DNA from: Spirochaetia bacterium
GTDB taxonomy: Bacteria > Spirochaetota > Spirochaetia > DSM-16054 > Sediminispirochaetaceae
Length of the DNA: 64,000 nucleotides
Direction: 5' to 3'
Assembly: GCA_034520965.1 (NCBI GenBank)
Contig: JAXHMY010000002.1
Coordinates: forward strand, 64,001 to 128,000
The notes under the pieces are model-generated. The model searched no databases. It saw only the letters and a list, made by a program, of their open reading frames with translations, and had not been told where the DNA came from. Below, piece after piece: positions 10,617-21,500 of the stretch. The first letter of the stretch is position 1, and every line of letters starts with the position of its first letter. The position numbers and the translations under genes are program-made.

Positions 10617-11363
10617 ATGCGAAAACCTTATATAGCTGGAAATTGGAAAATGCACAAAACCAGAGTCGAAGCCCGTGATGATGCGGCGGATCTGGTAAAG
10701 CAGGTGAAAGGAGTGGACCATAAGGTGATGATAGCTCCTTCCTTCACTTCGCTTGGAGTAGTTGCCGAAGTGGTTAAGGGCAGCAATGTAATATTAGGTG
10801 CGCAAAACATGGCCGCTGCAGAAGATGGCGCACATACCGGAGAGGTGTCTCCGCTTATGTTGAAAGAGTGCGGAGTAGAAACCGTTATACTCGGACATTC
10901 TGAACGACGCCATGTATACGGCGAAACTGATCAACTTATTAACACGAAAGTGAAGTTGGCTTTACAGCACGGTTTTGAAGTAATTTTGTGCATCGGTGAA
11001 ACCCTTGAAGAGCGAGAGGCCAATCAAGCAGAGTCTGTAGTTAAAGAACAGCTGAGTTCCGGCTTGCAAGAAGTGAAGAGTGAACAGCTTGAAAAGGTAG
11101 TAATTGCGTACGAACCGGTGTGGGCAATAGGGACCGGAAAAACCGCCACCCCCGAGGATGCGGATGCAATCCACAAAGTGGTTCGTGCGGAAGTGGAAAG
11201 CTTGTACGATCATAAGGCAGCCGAACAGATGATTATTCAATACGGAGGTTCGGTTAAGCCTAATAATATAGCATCGCTGATGGACAAAGAGAACATCGAC
11301 GGTGCACTGGTTGGAGGTGCATCGTTAAAAACGGAGACCTTCGTGCCTATTGTGAAATTTTAG
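10617..11363 (+). CDS. tpiA: Triosephosphate isomerase
   Basis: AGNWKM, GHSERR, AYEPVWAIGTG, YGGSV, GALVGGASL; ATG 10617. Confidence 0.98.
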   Translation: MRKPYIAGNWKMHKTRVEARDDAADLVKQVKGVDHKVMIAPSFTSLGVVAEVVKGSNVILGAQNMAAAEDGAHTGEVSPLMLKECGVETVILGHSERRHVYGETDQLINTKVKLALQHGFEVILCIGETLEEREANQAESVVKEQLSSGLQEVKSEQLEKVVIAYEPVWAIGTGKTATPEDADAIHKVVRAEVESLYDHKAAEQMIIQYGGSVKPNNIASLMDKENIDGALVGGASLKTETFVPIVKF

Positions 11364-11387
11364 TAAACTGGTAATGGAGTAACACTT

Positions 11388-11759
11388 ATGGGATTTTTTG
11401 GTATTTTGCTCTTGGTAATCTTCGTTATTACGGCACTTCTACTGATTGTGCTGGTAATGATCCAAGACGACCAAGGTGAAGGATTAGGCGGAATTTTCGG
11501 CGGCTCTAGCAGTACCGCATTTGGCTCTCGTTCGGGTAATATTCTTACGCGTGCAACCTCTATATTAGGGGCTGTGTTTTTATTGACTGCTTTTGGGCTT
11601 GCATGGGTGAATAAGACTCCCGAAGGGGGCGATGTAATCGGCGCCGCTCGAGCAGAAGCAGCTCAAGAAAGCGAAGAGTGGTGGAATGAACCAGTAGAAG
11701 AATCGCCGGCATTGGACGAACAGGACCAAGACGAGCTACCTACCACCTCAGAACAGTAA
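11388..11759 (+). CDS. secG: Preprotein translocase subunit SecG
   Basis: Two TMs around GLGGIFGG…AFGSRSGNILTRAT; follows tpiA. Confidence 0.93.
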   Translation: MGFFGILLLVIFVITALLLIVLVMIQDDQGEGLGGIFGGSSSTAFGSRSGNILTRATSILGAVFLLTAFGLAWVNKTPEGGDVIGAARAEAAQESEEWWNEPVEESPALDEQDQDELPTTSEQ

Positions 11760-11766
11760 ACTCAGG

Positions 11767-11811
11767 GTGTCCCCGCTGTACCGTAGTACGACCTTTGGGA
11801 CGTGGGGACAC
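11767..11811 (+). terminator. Hairpin after secG (possible terminator)
   Basis: GTGTCCCC…GGGGACAC followed by a T-rich tail. Confidence 0.4.
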
Positions 11812-11884
11812 TTACTTATGTTCTTTCTGTTCAGATTTTCTGTTCTAAAATCCACATGCCCTCCGTGCATGGATAGGAGCAATA

Positions 11885-12298
11885 ATGAAAGTAGCAGTAG
11901 TATTTTTTGCCGGGAATAACCGTAAGCAGCTTGCTGAGACTGCTAAAGGATTACAGCAAGGATTAGAGAAACAGGGCCATCAGGTAGATCTCATTGACGG
12001 AGATCGAGATGTTAATGTAAAGCTCACTGTGTATGAATATATATGCATTGGTGCAACCGCAATTAATTTTTTTGGCGGAAAAGTGAAGGAACATATTCCA
12101 AAATTTCTCGCCAATTCCGGATTGGTATCCGGGAAGCGTTGCTTTGCATTTACAACTAAAACAGGGCTCAGGCAAACAAAAACTCTACGTAAACTTATGA
12201 ACTTTATGGAACATGAAGGGATGTACTTAAAAAACTCGGATGTTCTTGGGAACTCTCAAGAAGCTGAAGAAGTTGGAAAACGGCTTCATGTGGGTTAA
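11885..12298 (+). CDS. Flavodoxin-fold hypothetical protein
   Basis: MKVAVVF…LAETAKGLQQGLEKQGHQVDLI…YEYICIG flavodoxin-like pattern; RBS AGGAG. Confidence 0.65.
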   Translation: MKVAVVFFAGNNRKQLAETAKGLQQGLEKQGHQVDLIDGDRDVNVKLTVYEYICIGATAINFFGGKVKEHIPKFLANSGLVSGKRCFAFTTKTGLRQTKTLRKLMNFMEHEGMYLKNSDVLGNSQEAEEVGKRLHVG

Positions 12299-12338
12299 GT
12301 TTGAGAGCAATAATGCTTAAAAGGAAGGTTATCGCTAT

Positions 12339-13388
12339 ATGAGAAAAATCGGATTAGCCGTATTAATAATATTTACCATTTTGACCGGCTCGCTTTGGGC
12401 GGATGTGATAGGAGAAACCGTGGCAACGGTAAACCTCACCCGTACAGAGGGGATTACAGCCCGGCAGGTAGACAAAAAACTTGCAGAAATCCGCAACATG
12501 GGTACTCAAACCGGTATACAGCCGGATAAGATTACCCGTGAACAGGTTCTGGATTCACTCATTTCAGAGGTGCTCATTAAACAAGCCGCTGAGCGCGACG
12601 GGGTAAGAGTTCAGCAGGAAGATATAGACCGACTTGTAAACCAGCAGAAGCGTCAAATTGAAGCGCAGATGGGGCAAAAACTCAGTGACCAGGAGTTTCA
12701 ATCTATAGTAAGCCAGGAAACCGGATATTCATGGCAAGAGTACCGGCAACGATTAGAGGACCAGATACTGCAGCAAACCTATATCACCCAAAAAAAACGG
12801 GGGATGTTCGAAGCAATAAATCCGCCGACTGAACGGGAAATACAGGCTTTGTACCGGGAGAACGCCACCGAGTTTACAAACCCGGAGTTCGTGCGAATCA
12901 GCCATGTATTTATCCCCCTTGCCAATAAGAGCGAAGCCGAGCAGGAAGAGGCTCGTAGAAAAATAGAAAAGGCACGTACACAGCTGCGGTCCGGTGAAAT
13001 GAGTTTTGACGACCTGGTTTTGAAATACTCTGAAGATGAAAATTCAAAGTTCAGTGGTGGAGATGTCGGCTTTGTCACCCGTAATAATCAACAGGTCAAA
13101 CAAGTATACGGTGAGAACTTTTTTGATGAGATTTTTGAACTCGAAGAGGGAGAAGTGTCGGATATAATTGAATCGAACGTAGGTTTCCATATTGTTAAAG
13201 CAACCACCCATGAACAGCCCAAAATCCTAAGCCTTGACGACAGAATAGCTCCGGATAACCCCACTACGGTACGTGAATATTTACGTAATCGAATTTACCA
13301 GGAGCGTCAGCAGCAAACGCTCCAACAGGCTATGAACGACGTAATGGAAGAGTTACGCGAGCAGGCCGAAATTGTACGATACGACTAA
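12339..13388 (+). CDS. SurA-like periplasmic chaperone/PpiC-type peptidyl-prolyl isomerase
   Basis: Signal peptide, SurA-N-like region, parvulin motifs RISHVFI, FDDLVLKYSED…GGDVGF, SNVGFHIVK. Confidence 0.85.
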   Translation: MRKIGLAVLIIFTILTGSLWADVIGETVATVNLTRTEGITARQVDKKLAEIRNMGTQTGIQPDKITREQVLDSLISEVLIKQAAERDGVRVQQEDIDRLVNQQKRQIEAQMGQKLSDQEFQSIVSQETGYSWQEYRQRLEDQILQQTYITQKKRGMFEAINPPTEREIQALYRENATEFTNPEFVRISHVFIPLANKSEAEQEEARRKIEKARTQLRSGEMSFDDLVLKYSEDENSKFSGGDVGFVTRNNQQVKQVYGENFFDEIFELEEGEVSDIIESNVGFHIVKATTHEQPKILSLDDRIAPDNPTTVREYLRNRIYQERQQQTLQQAMNDVMEELREQAEIVRYD

Positions 13389-13390
13389 TA

Positions 13391-13816
13391 ATGGGATCCA
13401 GAAGAAAAGCACGTATTTTAGCGCTGCAGGCATTGTTCAGCTGGGATTACACAGCCAAAAGCAGTGCCGAACTTGGGCGCTTTGAATGGCTGGATGAAGA
13501 ACGGCTGGCAAGCTTTGAAGATGATACCCTCATGTTTGCCCGCTTGATAGTGCAGGGAACCCTGGAAAATATAGAAGAAATTGACACTAAAATTACTGAG
13601 CAGCTTGAGCACTGGGATTTCAGCCGTCTGGCCCGGGTCGATTTAGCAATTCTGCGGTTTAGCATTTATGCATTGGTGTATCAAAAGGAGATACCCTCCT
13701 CTGTAACTATTGATGAGGCAATCGATATTGCGAAACACTACGGGAGCGGCGAATCGTATCGCTTTATCAATGGTGTTTTGGATGGGATACGGAAGCAGTT
13801 AACGGAAAAGCAATGA
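13391..13816 (+). CDS. nusB: Transcription antitermination factor NusB
   Basis: SRRKARILALQALF, VDLAILR, IDEAIDIAK, FINGVLD. Confidence 0.95.
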   Translation: MGSRRKARILALQALFSWDYTAKSSAELGRFEWLDEERLASFEDDTLMFARLIVQGTLENIEEIDTKITEQLEHWDFSRLARVDLAILRFSIYALVYQKEIPSSVTIDEAIDIAKHYGSGESYRFINGVLDGIRKQLTEKQ

Positions 13817-15435
13817 ATAAAAAAGATCTGTGGTTGTTAGCGGCGATTGTCGTCATAGCAGTAATGCTTGGTCTTACGCTTACAACTATACTGCAGCAAA
13901 AAAAAAGCACCAGCGCTATCCAGGAAGCTGATAAAATTGCGGAAATAGACAGACTTCTGGCCAATGGAATCGAACAGACCGCGGTAGAAAATATTGAGAC
14001 TCTTGCCCGTAAAGATTTGTCTGCTGCAAGTTACATCCGATTAATAAAACGAGCCCGGCAAATCTCCCGCCGTAGCACTAACTATGACTTATATAATTAT
14101 GTTTCCCGGGCAGCTTTGGAAGCCTACCCGGCCAGAGGGGATCTAAATGCACTACGTATATACGGTCTGCTGCGTGAAGGCCGTACCGAAGCAGCAGCAG
14201 ATATTTATAACGAGAGCGAAATCGAAACCGAAGATTGGCCGGATCTCACATCAGAAATAAGCCTTTACGTAGAGACCTCCGCGACGGGGAAGGAGGACGC
14301 TCTTTCCAAGAAGAGTACAGCAGAAGATTTTCTGGGGATGTATCGAAAAACCGGAAGCTATGGATTTTTGCTTGATGCAGTACTGCTTTTACTGCGCCGC
14401 GGCGAGGTACAGTCCGCTTATTCTACTGTGACTGAAGAAGCAGAGTTAGAAACCCTGCCCCCCGATTTTATGTTCTTCCTTGCTTTTGATGCGGCTAAAT
14501 GGCAGCATGCCCAGTCTGTGTTAGCCGTTCAGCCTCAAATATTCAACAAAATTGAATATCAGTTTCTAAAAGCAGATATTTTCATGCATCAAAACCAGCT
14601 GTACATGGCAGCAGAACTTTATGAAAATCTTTTAGAAAAGGAAATTCAGCTTACAACTACTCAAAAAAGCAGGGCTTTGCTTAACCTCCTGTATATTTAC
14701 GATACACTTGAAAAGCCCATTCCAAGTTCAATCATGCAGTTGGTAATGGATATCTCAACCGAAGATCCTGAAAATTCAGCACTTCTGTTTGCCGGCTATT
14801 TTTTATCACATAACAACACCGACCGGGCCCAGAAAATTTTGGATATTTCGGCTAAGGGTAGTCAGGAAAGCGTTCTGAGACAGGTTATTCAGGAAGGAAC
14901 AGCTCAAAGGGTCAATCCCGAACGTTACAAATCACTTTTGTGGAGATTGGTCTATCGAACCGATCAAGAGCGATATGCACAGTATCTGGCTTGGTTCCTT
15001 ATAGGGATTGAGGATATTCAGGGGCTAAAAAGCTTAACTGTCCACAGCCGCCGAACCTTCGGAAGCCGGAGCTGGATACAATTTTATGAGGCAGTAGTAC
15101 TCATGTATTCACGCGACTACGCACAAGCGGCTGAGACATTTAAAGGAGCTTTTCCCGAAGATCCCCATTGGGAGTATCTCTACAACGCTGCGATAGCTTA
15201 TTCTGTGACCAACAATCTATCAGCAGCACTCGACGAATTGAAGGCTGCCGAGGCTGTGGTACCGGCCGGTTCGCCCGGGAACGCGGCGGTGTTATCCGAA
15301 CAAATTGAACTGCTTATTCAAAGCAATCGCTTAACTGAAGCTCGCACGCAACTGGCTATTTTAGAAAACAGGTTTCCACACAATATGAACGTTGGACTCC
15401 TAAAGAGCCTGCTCGAAGCTCGTTTAAGCAACTGA
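13813..15435 (+). CDS. Membrane-anchored TPR-like hypothetical protein
   Basis: 540-aa ORF, N-terminal TM, helical repeat character; translationally coupled to nusB. Confidence 0.75.
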   Translation: MNKKDLWLLAAIVVIAVMLGLTLTTILQQKKSTSAIQEADKIAEIDRLLANGIEQTAVENIETLARKDLSAASYIRLIKRARQISRRSTNYDLYNYVSRAALEAYPARGDLNALRIYGLLREGRTEAAADIYNESEIETEDWPDLTSEISLYVETSATGKEDALSKKSTAEDFLGMYRKTGSYGFLLDAVLLLLRRGEVQSAYSTVTEEAELETLPPDFMFFLAFDAAKWQHAQSVLAVQPQIFNKIEYQFLKADIFMHQNQLYMAAELYENLLEKEIQLTTTQKSRALLNLLYIYDTLEKPIPSSIMQLVMDISTEDPENSALLFAGYFLSHNNTDRAQKILDISAKGSQESVLRQVIQEGTAQRVNPERYKSLLWRLVYRTDQERYAQYLAWFLIGIEDIQGLKSLTVHSRRTFGSRSWIQFYEAVVLMYSRDYAQAAETFKGAFPEDPHWEYLYNAAIAYSVTNNLSAALDELKAAEAVVPAGSPGNAAVLSEQIELLIQSNRLTEARTQLAILENRFPHNMNVGLLKSLLEARLSN

Positions 15436-15462
15436 TACTATAAAACGGGAGTTACGATAATC

Positions 15463-16212
15463 ATGATAAAACTTAAAAGCCGCGAGGAAATAGATAGAAT
15501 AAGAGAATCCTGTCATTTGGTAGAACGGACTCATCAGGAAATTGCAAAGCTAATCGACGTGGGAATTACCACCCTCGAGTTAGACCGGTTTGCTAAAAAC
15601 TATATTAAGACCCATGGAGGCACCCCGGCCTTTCTCGATTATATGGGGTTTCCAGCCAGTCTGTGTACCTCAGTGAACAGCGTAGTTATTCATGGAATTC
15701 CGGGGGGATATAAGCTCCAAAACGGAGATATAATCAGCCTTGACTTAGGTATCGATCTGAACGGGTATTTCAGCGATGCCGCACGAACTTATGAAATCGG
15801 CTCTGTCTCGGAAAAAGCCCATGAGTTGGTTGAAGTAACCCGTCAGTGCTTGTATGCCGGAATAGATAAAGCACAGACAGGTAACCGGATACAGGATATC
15901 GGTCGAGCAGTTTCCGCTCTGGCTAAACAACATAATTTTGGAGTTGTAAAGGATTACTGCGGCCATGGAGTCGGTTTTTCGCAACACGAGGATCCTCAGA
16001 TACCCAATTATGTAAGCCGGGGAGCTAATCCTCGAATAAAACAGGGGATGATACTGGCAATAGAGCCAATGATCAACCTTGGCACTGGTAAAGTGGTGGT
16101 ACATGATGATGGCTGGACTGTGGAAACCGAGGATGGACAATTATCTGCCCATTGGGAACATACTGTGGCGGTGTTTGATGATCATACCGAAATTTTGACC
16201 CTGATAGATTAG
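15463..16212 (+). CDS. map: Methionine aminopeptidase type I
   Basis: SVNSVVIHGIP, GYFSDAART, CGHGVG, AIEPMIN, SAHWEHTV. Confidence 0.97.
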   Translation: MIKLKSREEIDRIRESCHLVERTHQEIAKLIDVGITTLELDRFAKNYIKTHGGTPAFLDYMGFPASLCTSVNSVVIHGIPGGYKLQNGDIISLDLGIDLNGYFSDAARTYEIGSVSEKAHELVEVTRQCLYAGIDKAQTGNRIQDIGRAVSALAKQHNFGVVKDYCGHGVGFSQHEDPQIPNYVSRGANPRIKQGMILAIEPMINLGTGKVVVHDDGWTVETEDGQLSAHWEHTVAVFDDHTEILTLID

Positions 16213-16296
16213 CACAGTTTTTTTTTTGACGCTTAAAGAAAAATATATATATATTCTAAATACCTGTTCAAACAAAGCATAAGATGTGGAGGAAAA

Positions 16297-17814
16297 GTGA
16301 AAATGAATCACAGAAAATTATTCTATTCTAAGAAGTTCTTTCTGTTTAACCTAGTGCTGGTTGGAATTTTGGTTGGTTTTACTCTCTCGTTTATTACATT
16401 CGGTTGTTCTACCGATGTAAAGCCTGGCGAGAAGACTCAAGCACAGACACAACCTGCAACAAGTGCAGCTGACAGTGATACTTCAACAGCGCTTTCTTTG
16501 CAGAACTCATTTAGAAGCGTTGCACAGAAAGCACTTCCGGTGGTAGTTGAGTTAAAGGTGGTAGAAATCCGACAGCAGCGGGCACCGGATTCCCGCGGAT
16601 GGCCATGGGACTTTCTTTTTCCTGAAGAAGAAAATAACAATAATGGTGATAACCAAGAGCGAGAGTTCCGCAGCCAAGGGCTCGGTTCGGGTGTTATTGT
16701 AAGAAATGAAGGGAATAAATACTATATTCTTACAAATGACCATGTGGTTGGTGAGGCCGACGAGATTATAGCGGTGCTAAACGACGGTAAGGAGTTTACC
16801 GCCTCGCTGGTTGGCAAAGACCCGAGAAAGGACCTGGCACTGGTAATGTTTGAATCGGAACAGGGAAATATTCCAATTGCCGAACTTGGCGATTCTGATG
16901 CCACCCAGGTTGGCGACTGGGTATTAGCAGTGGGCAGTCCCTTTGGTTTTGTCTCCAGTGTCACTGCCGGAATAGTAAGTGCGAAGGGGCGTTCAGGGCC
17001 TCAGGGCAATATTAGTGATTTTATACAGACCGATGCGGCTATCAACCGGGGCAATTCCGGGGGCGCTTTGGTAAATATTCACGGCGAAGTGGTTGGAATA
17101 AATACCTGGATTGCAGCCCCAACGGGGGGCAGCGTAGGATTAGGTTTTTCTATCCCCATTAACAATGCCAAAAAGACTATCGACGACTTTATCACCAAGG
17201 GAAAGGTAGAATACGGCTGGCTTGGTGTTACCGTTGGAGATGTAAACCGGGAGCTTGCCGAGGAACTTGGAATTGAAGAGACCAAGGGGGCATTCATTCA
17301 TAATGTGTACATCGATTCTCCAGCAGACAAGGGCGGTATACGTCCGGGAGACTTCATTACTCAGATAAACGGTGAGGATGTCTCAAATCGTGACGAAGTT
17401 GTAAGAAAAGTCGGCGATTTAGAGGCAGGCGATACCGCTACCTTTGAGGTGAATCGTTTCGGAAGTACCCGTACGGTGAAAGTCAAGATTGGTGAAAGAA
17501 AAGACAGTGAAGAGATCCTTTCGAACCAAAAGAAACTGTGGCCGGGAATGATTGTAGTACCTTTGAACGAAGAGGTTCGTCAACAGCTTGAACTGGATGA
17601 TTCACAAAACGGGGTATTAGTCGCTAATGTTGATCGTGGAACAAAAACCTATATCGGCGGTATAAGAAATTACGATGTAGTTACGGCGGTGAACGATGAA
17701 AAGATTGAAACAATAGAAGATTTTTATCAGTTGATCGGAGACAACTCTATCGATGAGTTCAAAATTTCGTACCTGCGGGAAGGTGAAAAATACTTTACCG
17801 GAATTGAGCGTTAG
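16297..17814 (+). CDS. htrA: Do/HtrA family serine protease with two PDZ domains
   Basis: GLGSGVI, LTNDHVV, DLAL, IQTDAAINRGNSGG; two C-terminal PDZ domains. Confidence 0.93.
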   Translation: MKMNHRKLFYSKKFFLFNLVLVGILVGFTLSFITFGCSTDVKPGEKTQAQTQPATSAADSDTSTALSLQNSFRSVAQKALPVVVELKVVEIRQQRAPDSRGWPWDFLFPEEENNNNGDNQEREFRSQGLGSGVIVRNEGNKYYILTNDHVVGEADEIIAVLNDGKEFTASLVGKDPRKDLALVMFESEQGNIPIAELGDSDATQVGDWVLAVGSPFGFVSSVTAGIVSAKGRSGPQGNISDFIQTDAAINRGNSGGALVNIHGEVVGINTWIAAPTGGSVGLGFSIPINNAKKTIDDFITKGKVEYGWLGVTVGDVNRELAEELGIEETKGAFIHNVYIDSPADKGGIRPGDFITQINGEDVSNRDEVVRKVGDLEAGDTATFEVNRFGSTRTVKVKIGERKDSEEILSNQKKLWPGMIVVPLNEEVRQQLELDDSQNGVLVANVDRGTKTYIGGIRNYDVVTAVNDEKIETIEDFYQLIGDNSIDEFKISYLREGEKYFTGIER

Positions 17815-17846
17815 GGTACACTACATATTGTATTCAGTGTAATCTC

Positions 17847-17878
17847 AGGGAGGGCTTTGTGGCCCTCCCTTTACTTAT
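17847..17878 (+). terminator. Intrinsic terminator after htrA
   Basis: AGGGAGGGC-TTTGTG-GCCCTCCCT followed by TTACTTATT. Confidence 0.6.
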
Positions 17879-17890
17879 TCGGAGGTATTG

Positions 17891-18499
17891 ATGAAAGATT
17901 TTGTCGAGTACGATCAGGTACGAAACAACTCTCTTAAACTCGCATATACTATTCATAAGGACGGGTTTATCCCGGATGTTATTTATGTACTTTTGCGAGG
18001 CGGTGCATATATCGGCAACGTGATTAGCGAATATTTTAAGATCGTACGTAAGGACGAACGCCCCGTTTTTTATGCGGCCGTGGTCGCCCGCTCCTATACT
18101 GATATCCATCAACGCTCACGTGTAATGATTGACGGGTGGACATATAAACCCGAGTACCTGCGGAACGGGGACAAAGTCTTGTTGGTCGATGATATTTATG
18201 ACTCAGGACGCACCATGAACTATCTGGCGGAAGTTATCATGGATCATGGTATTCCTCGAAAAGATCTAAAAATAGCCGTTCACGATTATAAAGTATTTCC
18301 CGACAGTACAGAAAAAATGCCGGTCAGCCCCGACTATTTTTGCCGAAAGCATACGGTTACCTCTCCAGAGAACGATGTATGGATTCACTACAAAAGTCAT
18401 GAATTAGTAGGTTTGACAAAAGAGGAATTCCAGAATAACTACTCCTTTACCGATAAAGGGTTTATAGAGATACTTGATCAGGAACTATTTAAAAGATAG
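17891..18499 (+). CDS. Type I phosphoribosyltransferase
   Basis: LLRGG and PRPP-binding VLLVDDIYDSGRTM; RBS GGAGG. Confidence 0.88.
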   Translation: MKDFVEYDQVRNNSLKLAYTIHKDGFIPDVIYVLLRGGAYIGNVISEYFKIVRKDERPVFYAAVVARSYTDIHQRSRVMIDGWTYKPEYLRNGDKVLLVDDIYDSGRTMNYLAEVIMDHGIPRKDLKIAVHDYKVFPDSTEKMPVSPDYFCRKHTVTSPENDVWIHYKSHELVGLTKEEFQNNYSFTDKGFIEILDQELFKR

Positions 18500-18511
18500 C
18501 GGCGAGGGGGT

Positions 18512-21500
18512 ATGAACATCCCAAATATGGACAAATCACAAAAAATAGCGGTTCTATTTTTTCTCCTGTTGCTTGGAATGGTGCACTTGTATGCCCAAGA
18601 AAACACGGTAACTCCGACACCCTCCCCAGGTGCTTTTTCTGAAGCATTGTATGTGCATATCGAATCGAACCTAGATAAACCGGTTCAGTACCGTTTCAGT
18701 AAGAGCAGCGACGACACCTGGGTGGACTACACCCAGGCTCTTCGCCTCTCTGCACTATCAGGGGAAGAACGAACTTTTACTCTGCAAGTACGCGTGCAGA
18801 ATACGGGTACTGACACGGTAGAGAGCTTTCAGTACGTAATCGACCGGCGTATGCCGAATGAGCCGGAAATAGAGATACGTCGGCAAGACGCGGGATACTT
18901 TGTTAATTTTTCAATTGATGAAAACCAAGCTCAGGTAAAATACTGGCTTTCTAGTTTTGAACAGCCCGAATTCAAAGCCTGGAACAGAAAAATGCTTGCA
19001 GCCCCGCAGAAAAGTGTAGTAAAAGCATACAGCGTCGACGAAGCCGGCAACCGCAGCCGGGTGGTTACTAAAAAACTTCCGGAGCTGCATCCCTGCAGAA
19101 GCTCCTCAGAGATTGATATTCCATCCCCGGTAGCCGGAACTTTTGTAAATGCACAATGGCTTATTATCCCGAACGCCAACTGTTTTGAATGGATACGCTA
19201 CAGCCTGGAAACAGAAACCTCCCGCAGCGATGAAACAGCTTATACTGCCCCTGTTCTCATTCGGACAATCGGTACTATTACCCTTAGGGTTCAGGCAAAG
19301 CCTTATTACCAGGAGCAGTTGTCCGAGAAAAAACTGGAATTCACCATTACCAAGCCGAAAGATTCGATTCTGAATGCCTTTTCAGCATCAGCAACAAAAA
19401 CCAGCGGGCCGGTCGAAGATCTACGTTCCTTTCCTTTACCCTCTGCTGAAAAGGGAGTGGAGCTTTACTACAGTTTAGAGGATACCCCCGTCAACCCGAA
19501 TCATCCCCAACTTGTTTCTCCTATACCGGTCAAACTATCCGAGGGTATGAAAAATTTTTTAGCCTATCGTATTGGAGCGTATCTTCCGAATGAGGATCGC
19601 ATGCTGCAGTATCGTTTTTTTTATATCATCGATGAAAGAATACCTCCGAATCCGCAATTTCGCTTATCTGATACACTCCCGTTTCGTTCAAAGCTTCAAG
19701 TAGCATTAGAAGCAGGAAAGGGGGCTGAAATTTATTACACCACCGACGGATCTACCCCCGACCGGTTCTCCAATCGGTATGCAGGGCCTTTTAACATTAC
19801 CTCCGATGGAAACTCGGATTTGGGAATAATACCAGTACAAGCTGTAGCTCGCTATCCGAACGGAAATAGCAGTGAGATTGTACGAAAACAGCTGCCCTAT
19901 GATAGAAGAGCGCCTTCCCCCCCAAGTTATGATATCCTTAAGGTAGATAAGTATGGTGCTGATATTCAGGTAGATCACCCGGACCCTTCTATGGAAATTG
20001 TGTATGCAGTGGGTTACGGGAATACTCCTCCTTTACAGATAAACCGAAACTCCCCCGTAATATCAAGAAATTTAAGAGTAGATTTTCCCTATGGGTTTCA
20101 GGGAAAAGCCTTTGTGCGCTTTGCGGCAAGGGATAAAGCCGGAAATATTTCGACCGCTACGGCTACTGCACGGGTTGAAGTCGACTCGGTACCGCCGGAA
20201 GCTCCATCCATACGACGGGATCAGCAAAAACTCATGATAACAGGTTCTCACGATCTGTTTTACCGTGTCCAAGGCACAAATGATGGGTTTAAAGAGTATA
20301 CCGGGCCTATCGATTTGAACGTCGAAGATAAGCTCCGGCAAAAGTTTGAAGTAGCCGCATACGCAGAAGATTCGAGGAATAACCGATCAATAAGTACGGA
20401 GAGAGTGTTTTTTATAGATACCAGAACTCCTAAACCGCCCCAGATTATCAGCAATGTTGACAGCTCCATAGTCAATCGTCCCATTCTGGTTCGTTGTATT
20501 GGCCCATACGCCGATTCAGTTGTCTATTATAAACTGTTCAGAGTAGCAAAAGGAGACAACCTGCCCGAGGTTGCTGAAGATTCAAAACCCGGTTTTTCGG
20601 ATAGTTTATATAGTGAACCTATCCAACTCAGTGGTGCCGAGGATCGGGAAGTTCTCTATGTCGTAAGAGCGCGCAGCTATCTGCCTTCCGCAGATGTATG
20701 GAGCCCTGTAACCAGCAGTTCATTCACCATAGACAGAAAAACACCTGAAGCGGTCAAGCTTGGGTCGATTATAGGCAAAACAAGACTTTTCTCTGAAGCT
20801 GTCACAGTACAGGCTGAAGCAGCCTCAGAGGAAGAGGAAAGCTGGATATATGTAGCTGAAGAAGAACCTACTGCTGCTGATATAAGCATCGAGAAAATAC
20901 TCTCGGAAGGGGTTCCCCTGTCACGGGGAGTCCTAGTTGAAGGCGTTGAGGGAGAAGAAAAAAAGTACCGGATCCATAGCGCCACCGTGGACAAAGCCGG
21001 GAACAGTGACCGGAGCAAAACTGTTGAACTTACGCTCGATCGTAAAAAGCCGGAGATACCCCGGTTAGAAGGTTTACCGGCTGAAGCAGATACAAATAAG
21101 CAGGTTAAAATTTTTGCTCCCGACGATTATCAACATAAAATAATTTATGAACTGGCCGTAAACCAGGGCCTGCCGCAAGTACCCACGGCTGATTCATCGG
21201 TTCTAAATGATTCCCCCTTAGTTTTAAGCGGCACTCCTGAAAATGACGGCGGAATAAACCATTATGCAATTTCCTTCCGAGGTTTAGATCAGGCTGGTAA
21301 TATGTCGCCGGTGAAAACTGAACACGTAAGAATCTCTCAGATTAAGCCACAGCCACCACAGATTGTTGTGGAGCATATTGGCAAACAGCAATTTTTGATT
21401 CAAATAGATGCGGAACATGAAATGTCCATCTATGCAAAAATAAACGACGCAAAAATAAACGACGCAAAAATAAACGACGCAAAAATAAACGACGCAAACT

